Origin: Planctomycetota bacterium
Lineage (GTDB): Bacteria; Planctomycetota; UBA8108; SXIK01
Length of the DNA: 64,000 bases
Assembly (NCBI GenBank): GCA_965223845.1
Contig: CBDCXR010000004.1
Coordinates: 416,001 to 480,000, forward strand
Direction of reading: 5' to 3'
Shown: positions 1 through 11,200 of the stretch, in pieces
How the letters are laid out: every line of letters starts with the position of its first letter
Position numbering within the stretch: the stretch's first letter is position 1
Program-made: the position numbers and the translations under genes
The notes under the pieces: generated by a model
Told to the model about the DNA's origin: nothing
Seen by the model: only the letters and a program-made list of their open reading frames with translations
The model's database searches: none

Positions 1-23
1 CTACTCGAGCAGACCGTTCACGC

Positions 24-1835
24 ATGCACGACACCCTTCTCAGCCTCGCACTGATTTTCCTCGCCGGAGTCGGGGCGCAATGGATCGCGTGGCGACTGCG
101 CCTCCCGTCGATCCTTCTCCTCCTTGGCGCGGGATTCGTCGTGGGTCCGCTCCTCGGCTGGCTAAACCCCGACGAGCTTCTCGGCGACCTCGTCTTTCCG
201 ATCGTCTCCCTCTTCGTCGCGATCGTGCTCTTCGAAGGCGGTCTGAGCCTCCGCGTGTCCGAGCTTCGCGGGGGCGGTCCCGCGGTGCGGCGGCTCGTCG
301 TCGTCGGCGTCCTCGTGACGTGGATCGGCTGCACGATCGGGGCGTCGACTCTGCTCGGAATGGAACTCTCGATCGCGGCCATTTTCGGTGCGATCCTCAC
401 CGTCACGGGTCCGACCGTGACCGTCCCTCTCCTTCGATTCGTTCGTCCGACGGGTCGCGTCGCATCCGTCGTCAAGTGGGAGGGCATCGTGAACGACCCG
501 ATCGGCGCGATGTGTGCGGTCCTCGTCTTCGAGGTCTTCTACGGCGAATCCCCGCATTCCGCATCGCACGAGTTCGTCATCGGCGCGGTGAAGACCATCG
601 TCATCGGCGGGTCGGTCGGTGTGATCTCCGGCTGGTTCGTCACGGAGCTCCTTCGCCGCCACCTCATCCCGGATCTCCTTCACAATCCGGTCGCGCTCAC
701 CCTCGCGCTCGTCGGCTTCGCGATCTCGAATCACTTCCAGCACGAATCCGGCCTCCTCAGCGTGACGCTGTTCGGGATCTATCTCGCCAACCAGCGCCGG
801 GTGAGCGTGCGGCACATCGTCGAGTTCAAGGAGAGCGTCGGAGTTCTCCTCATCGCGCTACTCTTTATCATCCTCGCGGCTCGGGTCGAGCTGTCCGAGC
901 TCCGAGTCGATCGCATGGGTGGACTGCTCGCGTTTCTTGCGCTCTTCGTGTTCGTCGTCCGGCCTCTCGCCGTGATCGCCTCGACGTGGGGCTCCGAGCT
1001 CAACTGGGCCGAGCGCGGACTGGTTGCGTGGATGGCGCCGAAAGGGGTCGTCGCGGCCGCGGTCGCTTCCGTTTTCGCCTTGAGGCTCAGGGAGCTGGGC
1101 GTGACCGGCGGAGAGCAGATGGGGGATCAGATGGTCTCGATGATGTTCCTCGTCATCATCGGTACCGTCTCGATCTACGGGCTCACCGCCGCGCCGCTCG
1201 CGCGCTGGCTCAAGCTCGCCCATCCGAATCCACAGGGAATCCTCTTCATCGGCGCGCATCGCTGGGCACGCGAGATCGCGAAGGCGCTCAAGGAAGACGG
1301 GATCGAGACCCTTCTCGTCGATACGAACTGGGATCACGTTTCCGCGGCGCGCATGGACGGTCTCCGCACGTACTACGGCAACGCGATCGCCGAAACTACG
1401 CACGAGGAGCTCGAGCTCACGGGGATCGGCCGGCTCTTCGCCCTCACGCCAAATGATGAAGTGAACACACTCGCGGCGGTCCACTACGCCGAGGAATTCA
1501 CTCGTTCCCAGGTCTTTCAACTGGCCCCGACCGACAGCGGCCGGGCGCGGCAGGATCCGATCCCGGCGCGCGCGAGGATCCTCTTCTCGGACCAGGCGAC
1601 GTTTGAGGAGCTCTCGCGGCGCTTCGCAGCGGGGGCGGTCGTCAAGAGGACTCCGATCACGCCGGAGTTCAACGCGGACGCGTTTTCCGCGCAGTACTCG
1701 GATTCTGCGCTTCCGCTCTTTCTCGTCACCGAGGCGAAGAAGCTCGTCGTCCTCACGCCAAACCAGATGCCGAAGCCGAAGTCGGGTCAGACCTTGATCA
1801 GTCTCGCCGTGCCGGATTCGGCGTCGGCGGAGTGA
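24..1835 (+). CDS. Cation:proton antiporter (CPA1/NhaP family) with C-terminal TrkA-N/RCK domain
   Basis: About 12 hydrophobic helices; motifs LFEGGL, TGPTV, WEGIVNDPIG, APKGVVAA; C-terminal Rossmann-like ILFIGAH...LVDTN...YYGNA. Confidence 0.9.
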   Translation: MHDTLLSLALIFLAGVGAQWIAWRLRLPSILLLLGAGFVVGPLLGWLNPDELLGDLVFPIVSLFVAIVLFEGGLSLRVSELRGGGPAVRRLVVVGVLVTWIGCTIGASTLLGMELSIAAIFGAILTVTGPTVTVPLLRFVRPTGRVASVVKWEGIVNDPIGAMCAVLVFEVFYGESPHSASHEFVIGAVKTIVIGGSVGVISGWFVTELLRRHLIPDLLHNPVALTLALVGFAISNHFQHESGLLSVTLFGIYLANQRRVSVRHIVEFKESVGVLLIALLFIILAARVELSELRVDRMGGLLAFLALFVFVVRPLAVIASTWGSELNWAERGLVAWMAPKGVVAAAVASVFALRLRELGVTGGEQMGDQMVSMMFLVIIGTVSIYGLTAAPLARWLKLAHPNPQGILFIGAHRWAREIAKALKEDGIETLLVDTNWDHVSAARMDGLRTYYGNAIAETTHEELELTGIGRLFALTPNDEVNTLAAVHYAEEFTRSQVFQLAPTDSGRARQDPIPARARILFSDQATFEELSRRFAAGAVVKRTPITPEFNADAFSAQYSDSALPLFLVTEAKKLVVLTPNQMPKPKSGQTLISLAVPDSASAE

Positions 1836-1901
1836 GCGATGCTCCACGAGTGATTCGGCGTCTCGACGAAGCGCTCGGTCGAGGACCGCAAACGAGACGA
1901 C

Positions 1902-3212
1902 TCAGACCTCCGCCGGAACGACGAACGGGCTTCGATACGGGCGCGAGAGCATGCGATCGGCCTCGCCGTCGTTCGGGCATCGTTCCGTCTTCGGATCGAA
2001 GTCGATCGTGCGGCCGAGGCGATAGGAAATGTTCGCGAGGTGGCAGAGTGACGAGCTGAGGTGACCGTCCTCGACGTCGGTCCCGAGATCCGAGATCCGG
2101 CGGCTTCGAACGCCCGCGATGAATGTCTTCCATTCGCTGCCGGCGCCGCCACCCGACGGGCCCGGCTCGTGCTTCCGTCCGAGGAAGACGCGGTACTCGA
2201 AGTACTTGAGCGTCATGATCCCTTCGGAGCCGTAGAAGATGACTCCGACGTTGTTGCCGCCCGGATTGCCGAAGCTGCCTTCGTAGTTCGTGATCCAGTG
2301 GCGCACTTCGAAGACGAGCATGCGATTCTCTTCGGGATAGTAGAACGACGCGAGCTGAGTGTTTGGAACCTCCTTGTCGTCGTCGAAGAGGAAGCGTCCG
2401 CCGAGAGACGAGATCTTTTTCGGGAGGCCGACGCCGAGACCCCAGCGCGCGAGATCCATCTCGTGAACGCCCTGATTGCCGATGTCTCCGTTGCCGTAGT
2501 CCCAGTGCCAGTGCCAGTTGTAGTGGAAGCGATTCTCCGAGAACGGACGATCGGGCGCTGGGCCGAGCCATGTGTCGTAGTGGACGCCGGACGGCGCCGC
2601 AGCGTCCGGCTTCCGGCCGATGGTGTTCCGCCACTTGTAACAGAGCCCCTTCGCCATGTAGACATCGCCGATCACGCCGTCGCGAAGGTGCTGGATCGCC
2701 TCGCGGATCGCGGGTGAGCTGCGACCTTGAACGCCGTGCTGACACATGCGCTGGTGTCGCCGCGCGGTCCGTACGAGCTGACGACCTTCCCACACGTTGT
2801 GGGAAAGGGGCTTCTCGACGTAGACGTCCTTGCCGCTCTGCATCGCCCAGATTCCGGCGAGGCTGTGCCAATGGTTGGGCGTCGCGATGCTGACCGCGTT
2901 GATCGACGTGTCGTCGAACATCTTGCGGAGATCGGTGTACGTGGCGATCGACCGCCCCGTGCGCTTTTCGTGCTCGGCCTTCCGGCCGGCGAGGATCGCT
3001 TCGTCGACGTCGCAGAGGGCGACCACCTCGACACCGGGCACGCCTTCGAAACCGCGGAGGTGCGAATTCCCGCGGCCCCGGAGTCCGATGATGCCCATGC
3101 GGATCGTGTCATTCGGACTCGATTGCGCGCTCCGCAGCGTCCCCGTGAGTGCGACCGCGCCGGCGGCGGCTCCCGTCGTGCGGAGGAAATCCCGGCGGTG
3201 GAGCGGCTTCAT
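1902..3212 (-). CDS. Gfo/Idh/MocA family oxidoreductase, Tat-exported
   Basis: Tat signal RRDFL; GIIGLRGRG, ATPNHWH, KDVYVEKP, GDIGNQGVH motifs. Confidence 0.92.
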   Translation of the reverse strand: MKPLHRRDFLRTTGAAAGAVALTGTLRSAQSSPNDTIRMGIIGLRGRGNSHLRGFEGVPGVEVVALCDVDEAILAGRKAEHEKRTGRSIATYTDLRKMFDDTSINAVSIATPNHWHSLAGIWAMQSGKDVYVEKPLSHNVWEGRQLVRTARRHQRMCQHGVQGRSSPAIREAIQHLRDGVIGDVYMAKGLCYKWRNTIGRKPDAAAPSGVHYDTWLGPAPDRPFSENRFHYNWHWHWDYGNGDIGNQGVHEMDLARWGLGVGLPKKISSLGGRFLFDDDKEVPNTQLASFYYPEENRMLVFEVRHWITNYEGSFGNPGGNNVGVIFYGSEGIMTLKYFEYRVFLGRKHEPGPSGGGAGSEWKTFIAGVRSRRISDLGTDVEDGHLSSSLCHLANISYRLGRTIDFDPKTERCPNDGEADRMLSRPYRSPFVVPAEV

Positions 3213-3502
3213 GACGTTTTCCCTCTCGTGAGTTCAATCGGATGCGGCCCGTTCATTGACGCCGCTTCGATTATCTCCAGCCCGACCGATCGGGGAAAGC
3301 CCGCACGTGCGCCGATCGCGGTCGAATCGGAGTCGCCTCGGGTAGAATCAGCGGGGAGCGGCGGTCACTCCGTCGCCCGGCCCATGGATCGATCGAGAAT
3401 CCTTTGAAGCCGGATGCCGAGAGGGCCGCCCGCAACGAAACCGTCGGCTGAACCCCATTTTCGCGAGACTCTCAGTACTCCTCAAACGGATCGGAACGAT
3501 CG

Positions 3503-4852
3503 ATGCGAACTGTCCCGACTCGCCAAGCGTTGACTCTTCCCGCGGCCGTTCTCTCTCTTGCGGGCCTCGTTCCCGTGCTCGGACAGACGGACCGCCCGAA
3601 CGTTCTTCTCATCGTGTCGGACGATCAGGGAACGATCGATCTCAACTGTTACGGCGCAGATGACCTCTACACGCCGCACCTCGACGCGCTCGCTCGCCGC
3701 GGCGTGCGCTTCACGCAGTTTTACGCGAACGCTCCGGTGTGCTCGCCCTCGCGCGCGGCGATTCTCACCGGGCGCTACCCCCAGCGTGCGGGGGTTCCGG
3801 GGAACGTCGGTCTCGGGAAGGTGGGGCTCCCGCCCGCGCAGACGACGGTCGCGGAGATGCTCGAGGCGCGCGGATACGCCCGCGGAATCGTCGGCAAGTG
3901 GCACCTCGGGTGGGCGGACGGAAAGGGACCGCTCGACCAGGGCTTCACTCGATTCTTCGGCCACATGAAGGGCTGCATCGACAACTACTCGCACTTCTTC
4001 TACTGGTCGGGACCGAACGTACACGATCTTTGGGATGACACCGAAGAGCACTGGGAGGACGGCGTTCACTTCGGTGACTTGATGGTGCGTGAAGCGAATC
4101 GATTCATCGAACAGCACCGGGACCAACCGTTCTTTCTCTTTCTCCCGTTCAACATTCCTCACTATCCGCTCCAAGGGCAGGCGCGCTTCCGCAAGCTCTA
4201 TCGCGATCTTCCGGAGCCGCGCCGATCGTACGCGGCGCTCGTTTCGACCTTCGACGAGAAGGTGGGGCAGATCCTCGGCAAAGTGGACGCCCTCGGTCTC
4301 CGCGATCGGACTCTCGTGATCTTCATGTCGGATCACGGCCATTCGACGGAAGTCCGGACGCGATCGGGAGGGGGAAACGCGGGTCCCTACCGCGGTTCGA
4401 AATTCTCGCTCTTCGAAGGCGGGATCCGCGTGCCGGCCATCGTGAGCTGGCCGGGCAGGATTCCGGTGGACGTGGAACGCGGGCAGCTCGCGATGGCTAT
4501 GGACTGGATGCCGACGATCGCCGAGTACACCGGCACGAAACTCGACCCGGCGAGCGTCGACGGGAAGAGCCTCGTCGGCGTGATCGAACGCGATGAACCG
4601 TCCCCTCACCGCGTCGTTCACTGGGAAACCGGCGGGGGCTCGCAGTGGGCGGTTCGCGATGGCGATTGGAAGCTCGTCGTCAACCCGCGAGATACGAACG
4701 GGAAACGGGTGGAAGGCACGGATCGCGTCTTCCTCAGCCGGATAGACCGAGACGCGACGGAGCGCGCGAACATCGCGTCCGAGCATGCGGACGTCGTCGA
4801 TCGCCTCCGCGCATTGCACGCGAAGTGGACTGGGGACTTGGAGAGAGACTGA
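3503..4852 (+). CDS. Arylsulfatase-like sulfatase (S1, formylglycine-dependent)
   Basis: Signal peptide; PNVLLIVSDD, CSPSRAAILTGRYP (CxPxR), GKWHLG, SDHG, EGGIRVP. Confidence 0.93.
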   Translation: MRTVPTRQALTLPAAVLSLAGLVPVLGQTDRPNVLLIVSDDQGTIDLNCYGADDLYTPHLDALARRGVRFTQFYANAPVCSPSRAAILTGRYPQRAGVPGNVGLGKVGLPPAQTTVAEMLEARGYARGIVGKWHLGWADGKGPLDQGFTRFFGHMKGCIDNYSHFFYWSGPNVHDLWDDTEEHWEDGVHFGDLMVREANRFIEQHRDQPFFLFLPFNIPHYPLQGQARFRKLYRDLPEPRRSYAALVSTFDEKVGQILGKVDALGLRDRTLVIFMSDHGHSTEVRTRSGGGNAGPYRGSKFSLFEGGIRVPAIVSWPGRIPVDVERGQLAMAMDWMPTIAEYTGTKLDPASVDGKSLVGVIERDEPSPHRVVHWETGGGSQWAVRDGDWKLVVNPRDTNGKRVEGTDRVFLSRIDRDATERANIASEHADVVDRLRALHAKWTGDLERD

Positions 4853-4853
4853 A

Positions 4854-4979
4854 CGTTCCCGTTCCCGACAAACTTCTCCTTCTCCTCCGCCCCGGCCGCT
4901 CCGCGGGAACGGTCGCCCGTCGAGATCCCCTCTGCCCGGACCGCTCCGATGGTTTGGGAAGACGCCGGGAACGGGAACG
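4854..4979. repeat. REP-like inverted repeat between convergent genes
   Basis: CGTTCCCGTTCCCG (4854-4867) is the exact reverse complement of CGGGAACGGGAACG (4966-4979); arms are built from a GTTCCC hexamer. Confidence 0.7.
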
Positions 4980-4983
4980 GGAC

Positions 4984-7650
4984 TCAGCGCACGATCTCGT
5001 AGTAATACGTCCGATAGCGCCCGTCGATCTTGAGAGCTCCGCGGTCGATCTCCGCGGTCTCGCCGGTCGGCACGCCGTAGATGTCGAGGACGTTCACCTT
5101 GTTGATCGGTGCGCCGCGGAGCCGGATCCGCGCTTCGACCGGCTCGAGAAGGAGAGGGGGGCGTCCTACCGTTTCGAGTTGCTCTCCGCTCGCGCTGTAC
5201 TCCGCTCCCGACTGGCGATCGCGCGCGAGAGCGGTGAGCAGAATCCGCCCGGAATCGACGAGCGGGGCGTCGTCGAGCGGAGTGAAGATGATCGAGACGA
5301 ACTTGGTGTCGACGATGACCGAAGCGGCGGGAAGCTTCTGCACCGTTCCGCCGGCGAATCCGATGATCGCCTGGGTCTTCGGCGTTCCGAGCCGGATGAC
5401 GCGCTCCTTCACGTTCCAGATCAGCTCGCCCGTGGTCGAGCGGATCACGTCGCCTCGGCGGTAGCGATCGAGGTCGATCGATTCGCTCTCCTTCCCCGCA
5501 GCGCTCCGTTCGCGGAATTTCGCGGTGACTCGGCCGATCGCGAGCGCGTCGAGCGGCGTTGCGCGCGTACCCTTCACCGACTTTTGGTCGTGCCCACCGC
5601 CGGTGAAATCTTGTCCGATCGGATCGAGGCCGCTGAAGAGCTCTTCCGTCGTGACGCGACGCGCGACGGCGATGTCCGCCTCCCGAATGTGCCCTTTGAG
5701 AAGCGCGAACGAGAGCGCGGGAAACTGTCCGATGTAGTGCGGCGTATCGGTGGAGTACGAGCGGAGCCCGGGCCAGCCGTCGCCGATCCGCGGCTCTCCG
5801 TTCAAAAAGTGAAACGACGCGTCCCAGCCCTGAAGACCCATTCCGTAGAACGCGATGAGCGGCGCCGCCTCGGCCTTCCACTCGTTCGGAGGGAGCTGCG
5901 ACCACTCCGACGTTGCAAACGGCCGATCCTCGATTTGGTAGAGGCCCATAGCGAGGAGACCGGAGCCCGGGCGATCGAGATGCGTGGCGGTGCGCACTCG
6001 ACCGGGGACGATGCGATGCCGTCCGGCGCCGCCACCGAAGTAGTTGTGGCGGTCGATCATGTCGGCCGCGGTATCGCAATAGAGATTCGCCGCGTCGGCA
6101 GCGGCCCCGCCGCCTCGCCACGCCGTCGTGACCGTGACTCCGCGAAAGCCTAGCTCGCGCACTTCGCGTATGCGCCGCGCGTAGAAGCCGTGCTCGAGCT
6201 CGGTGAGAAAACGGATGAAATCGCCCTTCCGCGCGTCTTTCTTTTTCCCGTCGAGCTCCCACGCTCCGTGGAGCTTCAGCTCGCCGTCTTCGAGTGATTC
6301 ATTCGTTCCCCATGCGCGACGAAGCTCCGGCGTCGTTTTGTAGCGCGCCTTCGCCCAGCGGCAGAACTCCGTTCGGAGAACCCGCGCGTGCTCAGGCATT
6401 TTCCCCGACGCGAGAGAGTTGAGCGGGTTGTGGAAGAAGATGCAGTCCTCGTTGTGGATTTCGAGAACTGCGAGCGCCGGATCGTCGCGGTACGCGAGAC
6501 CGGTGTACGGATTCACGTGACGGAGAAGCGCCTGCAGATAGCGAAGCTGAAGATTCTGAAGGAGTCGCGAGAAGTGAACGACGCCGGTCGTCTTGCCCTT
6601 GTCGAGCTCGGCGTAGAGCTCGGGTGGATACCCGTCGTCCGGACGGATACGAAGCGGGTAGAAGACGCTCCACGTCGAATAGATCCCGTTCTTCTTCAGC
6701 TCGGCGAACCACCAATCGAGGGCGTCGATCTTCTTCGCATCGAATCGTCCGCCCTCGAGCGGACCGAGGAAATCGAACACGGGGTGTTTCCGCACCATGT
6801 TGATTCCGTGCTTGGCGAGGTAGCGCGCTCGCGTCGCTTGAGATTCCCGCGAGAGAGGAAAACGCGCATTTGCACCGGCGCCCCAGAACTTCTGCGGCGC
6901 GGAAGCACGCTCGAATTGAAGCGCCGCGCCGCGCCGCTCGAGGAACCCGAGCTTGCCCGCGGGCCGGTGGAGGAGACCGCTCATGTCGATCACCGAGCGT
7001 TCGGAAAACTCGTCCTCGCGTGGAATGACGGGGAACCACTCGCTCGGCTTGCCCGGTCCGCTCCGCGAACCCGGCTTCGCCAGCCCCGACGGAACGAACG
7101 ATCCGTCGTCGAGGACGAAGCAATCGATCGCGCCGTGGTTCGCGAGCGAGTTCTGAATGCGAAAGAAGACGCGTTGTTTGCCGGAGCGGAGCGACACCTT
7201 CCCGGCGTCGACCCAACCGATGAAGCGGTGGTCGGGCTTCGCCGAGATCATCTGCCCCTCGCGGACGCGCGCGAGGTCGACCGAGACCCAGTTTCCGCGG
7301 CCGAAACGGTACTGGACGCCCGAACGGAAGTGATTGCAGCGGATCCAAAACGAGTGCTCACCGCCCCGCTTCACCGTGAAGTCGAAGTGCGCCGTTCCCC
7401 CGCGTTCCTTCGAGTAGTGGGAGAGCCACGCGCCGCCGGAGAGGGCGTCCTTCGCGACATCGTCGTACCAGCGATTGCTGACAAAGTCGTGATCGCGTGC
7501 GGATTCGCCTTCGATCCAGATTTCGTCGGCGGCGCTTGGCGAAAACCAGAAGAGGACTGTCGAGGCGAAGGCTACCCGGAGGACGACCGCAGTTCGCGAG
7601 CGGCCTCTCTTCGGGACGAGAGGAGGAGTAAATCGCGACCGAGTTTGCAT
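4984..7650 (-). CDS. Secreted clan GH-A (GH5/GH42-like) glycoside hydrolase with N-terminal beta-sandwich (CBM-like) module
   Basis: Start reassigned to ATG 7650 (MQTRSRF) because the longer ORF overlaps two tRNAs; signal peptide; GINMVRKH, NPYTGLAYRDDPALAVLEIHNE (acid/base N-E), DRHNY, TSEW (likely nucleophile). Confidence 0.7.
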   Translation of the reverse strand: MQTRSRFTPPLVPKRGRSRTAVVLRVAFASTVLFWFSPSAADEIWIEGESARDHDFVSNRWYDDVAKDALSGGAWLSHYSKERGGTAHFDFTVKRGGEHSFWIRCNHFRSGVQYRFGRGNWVSVDLARVREGQMISAKPDHRFIGWVDAGKVSLRSGKQRVFFRIQNSLANHGAIDCFVLDDGSFVPSGLAKPGSRSGPGKPSEWFPVIPREDEFSERSVIDMSGLLHRPAGKLGFLERRGAALQFERASAPQKFWGAGANARFPLSRESQATRARYLAKHGINMVRKHPVFDFLGPLEGGRFDAKKIDALDWWFAELKKNGIYSTWSVFYPLRIRPDDGYPPELYAELDKGKTTGVVHFSRLLQNLQLRYLQALLRHVNPYTGLAYRDDPALAVLEIHNEDCIFFHNPLNSLASGKMPEHARVLRTEFCRWAKARYKTTPELRRAWGTNESLEDGELKLHGAWELDGKKKDARKGDFIRFLTELEHGFYARRIREVRELGFRGVTVTTAWRGGGAAADAANLYCDTAADMIDRHNYFGGGAGRHRIVPGRVRTATHLDRPGSGLLAMGLYQIEDRPFATSEWSQLPPNEWKAEAAPLIAFYGMGLQGWDASFHFLNGEPRIGDGWPGLRSYSTDTPHYIGQFPALSFALLKGHIREADIAVARRVTTEELFSGLDPIGQDFTGGGHDQKSVKGTRATPLDALAIGRVTAKFRERSAAGKESESIDLDRYRRGDVIRSTTGELIWNVKERVIRLGTPKTQAIIGFAGGTVQKLPAASVIVDTKFVSIIFTPLDDAPLVDSGRILLTALARDRQSGAEYSASGEQLETVGRPPLLLEPVEARIRLRGAPINKVNVLDIYGVPTGETAEIDRGALKIDGRYRTYYYEIVR

Positions 7651-7837
7651 GATGGATGATTCGTGAATCGCCGGAAGTCGTGGACTCGATGGATGCGGAG
7701 ACCAGAGAATTGTAGCATTCCCAGTGCGCGCGGCCGGTTCCCGGCGGACGTCCCGTCCCCGGCGGATTTTGGGAGGACACTCCCGCGGCCATTTGGTATG
7801 TTCCTCGGCCCGTCCCCGACGATGTCGGGCGGCCAGC

Positions 7838-7928
7838 GGAGAGGTGCCGGAGCGGCCGAACGGGCTGGTTTCGAAAACCAGTGAACTCCTTGCGGGTTCC
7901 CAGGGTTCGAATCCCTGCCTCTCCGCCA
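7838..7928 (+). tRNA. tRNA-Ser(CGA)
   Basis: GGAGAGG/CCTCTCC acceptor stem followed by G-CCA; anticodon arm CTGGT-TTCGAAA-ACCAG; long variable arm; GGTTCGAATCC T-arm. Confidence 0.97.
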
Positions 7929-8056
7929 CTTTCGTCTCACGGAATGAGTGCGCTCGCGCGGCGCGCAGAGAGTCGCCGCGCACTTGACAGATCCGCGCCA
8001 GATCGGCCAGATGCGGCCAGCAAACTGAAATCGGCCCGACGCGAAGCGTCGTCTGC

Positions 8057-8146
<90 letters not shown>

Positions 8147-8256
8147 TTCTCTCGCCGCCGAGCAGACCGTTCGACCTGCGAGGGGAAGCTACGAATTCTC
8201 GCTCGTCGATCTGGATCGATCACGAGTTCCGAGTTCGCGGTCGAAGACTCTGCGTT

Positions 8257-11200
8257 TCAGCGGGCTTCGATGGCGTAGAGCTTCGATCGAGTCGTGATGT
8301 ATAGCACGCCGTTTGCCGCGACGGGGATCGAGTAAACAGAGTCCTCCATATCGATCCCGTCCTCGCTCTCGGTGAGCCGATTCAGCGCCTTCCCGGTGCC
8401 GACGACGACGACTTCGCCGTCCTCGTCGCCGATGTACACCTTGTCCCCGATCACCGAGGGCGAGCTCCAGATCGGGCCGAGGAGGTCGTGGACCCAGTGC
8501 TGCTTCCCGGTGGAGGCGTCGAAGCAGTAGAGGAAGCCGCGGAGATCGGCCGCGTAGACGAGGCCGTCGTGGACTGCGCAGGTCGAGATCGACCGCCCGA
8601 AATCTTCACCGCCAACGTGCCAGACGACGTGCGTCTCAGTGACGTCACCAACGCCCGACGCATCGATCGAGTAGAGATGCCCGATGCCGTCGCCGTGTTC
8701 GGGATCCTGGCCGACGGCGATGTAGACCCGGCCGTCGACGAAGGACGGCGGAGCGACGAGACTGTTTCGAGTGCCGCGGCCACCGAGCTCCCAGGTTGCG
8801 TTCTTGGGGTTGCAGTCAAAGCTCCAGATCAGTTCGCCGGTGCGTGGCTCGCAACTGTAGAGCCAGCCGTCGCCGCCCGGAAAGACAACTTGCGGCGTGC
8901 CGCCGGCGATGCCCCAGGCGGGCGACGACCACTGGCCGTGGAGGATGTCGGCGCCGGGATCGTTTCGCTGCCACACCACCGCGCCCGTCCGCTTGTTGAC
9001 CGCAATGAAGCTCGGCGCGGTCGGACTGGGAACAGTCACGTGGTCCGACCCGACGCCATTTCCCATTATGACGTAAACCATCTCCCCCGCGACGAGTGGC
9101 GAGGAGATCGCGAGATTGTGAGGAAACACGCCGAGCTCGCCGATCATGTCGAGCACCCAGATCAGATCGGCGTCGATGGAATCCTCGTACTTCTCGTCCG
9201 TCATTCCGTTGTTCTCGCCGTCCCGAAAACCTTCGACGTCGGCGCACACGAGCTCGCAGCGGTTCGAGACATAGTAGAGCCGCCCTTCCTCGACCACCGG
9301 CGTGGAGGCGACACCCTGCTCGGGCCAGTCGTTTACGCGGCCGGCCGCCAGCTTGTCGTGGGTCGCCTGCCACAGAAACTCGCCGTCGGCCTCGCGGAAG
9401 CACATGACGACGCCTCGGTCGCCCTTGATCTTCGGGTTGCGCTCGCGCCCGTTGTTCGTGCTGATGAAGATGCGGCCTTCGGCGACGACGGGGTTCCCGA
9501 AGGTCTGCGAGCCGAGGTCGGCGGTCCACTTGATGTTCCGACCCGTCGCGATGTCCCAGTCGTGTGGGACGGTTCGGTCGCTCTGATTGACATTGTTTCG
9601 GGAGGGCGAACCGCCCCACATGGGCCAATCACCGGGGCGCTGACGAAACCCGACGCTCGACATGCTGCCGATGCTGTTCGGTTCGAGCGTCGTCTTGGCG
9701 GCCGAGGACAGCGCTGCGATTTCACGCACGATGTTCGTCACGATGGCGCGGACGTCGGCCTCCGCCTCGTTCACCCGGCGCGAGAGGATCGGCACGGCCT
9801 CGTGGCCGATCTGGCGGAGCGCCCACTCTGCGTACCGGCGGACCGCGGGGCTTTCGTCCGCGAGAGCTTCGAGAAGCGCCCGAACGGCCGCGTCGCCGAC
9901 CGGGGATCCGACCCTCCCGAGAAAGCGGGCGGCGTAGCGCCGGACGGTGGCGTCGCGGTCGCCGAGCGCCGCGGCGGCCGCGGGAGCGGCGCCCCGCGCG
10001 CGCGCGGCGATCCGGAGGAGATCTCGCAGGGCGTTCTGTCGCGTCGCGGCGTCGTTCGCCCCTTCGAGTTGATCGCGGAGTCGCGTCACCGCGTCCGCCG
10101 CCTGCAGATCGACTCGCGTAAGAGAGGGCGGTCTCTCCGCCGAGTCCGCGAAGCCGCCCTGAGACATGGTCGGCCTGTGACGAAGGTCGGCGGCAGCCGC
10201 GCCCAGGTCCTCCGTCTCGTGGTGGTCCCAGACGCGGATGGTGCCGTCGGCGCTCGCCGAGACGAGCGCCGAGGCGACGAAGTCGAGCGCCAGGACCGGG
10301 GCTACGTGCCCTTTGAGGTCGGCGCGCAATTGACCCGTCGACGAACTGCACAGTCTGATCTTGCCGTCGTCCCCGCCGAGGGCGAGTGTCTTTCCGTCCG
10401 CAGAGAACGCCGCGCTCCACGACCACGTGCCGTAACCGCGGAATGTCGTCCTCGCCGCGCCGCTCTCGACGTCCCAGAACCACACGACTCCATCGCTGCC
10501 CGTCGACACCAGCGTGTGGCCATCCGGTGAGAAGCAGAGCGACCAAACTCGACCGGTCGAACCGGCGAGTCGCGCCGCGAGTCGGTTCTTCGAGAGGTCC
10601 CAGAGAATCACGTCGTGATCGAGTCCGGCGGATGCCAGCAGAAAACCGCTCGGCGAGAACGCGAGTGTGTAGACCGCGAGCGAGTGACCGCGGAGCGCCG
10701 CGAGCTGGCGTCGGCGCGCGGGATCGTGGAGCCGGATGACGAGATCGTCGCCGGCGGAGGCGAGTGTCTCTCCGTCTGGAGAGAACGCGAGCGCCCAGAT
10801 GGCGCCTTCGTGACTTGAGAGCGATGCGGGTTCGCCTTCCTCCGTCAGGCTCCACAAATTGACGGTGCCGCTCTGATCGGCCGAGGCGAGCGCTCGGCCG
10901 TCCGCGGACAGCGCCAACGCATTCACAGCGGCATCGTGGGCGTCGAGCTGCCGCCGCACGGCGCCGCTCGACGCGTCCCAGATCCGCACGGTGCGGTCGA
11001 TCCCCGCCGAGAAAATCGCGCCGTCGGCCGACGCCGCCACTGCGTGGACTTCTCCTTTGTGACCGACGAGCACGCGACGGCGCACGTCCCAGAGGGTAAC
11101 GCTGCGACCACCGACCGCGACGGAGGCGCCATCGGGTGAAAAAGCCAAGTCCGTAGCTCGTCCAGGATGCCCCGGGCGCGCTTCGAGCAGTCTGCCGGTC

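Noticed and set aside
3482-6262. 926-aa minus-strand ORF and many similar long Arg/Ala-rich ORFs (e.g. 8488-10530, 33599-35743, 58886-60799)
   Set aside because: Shadow or antisense frames of real genes in high-GC DNA; no motifs.
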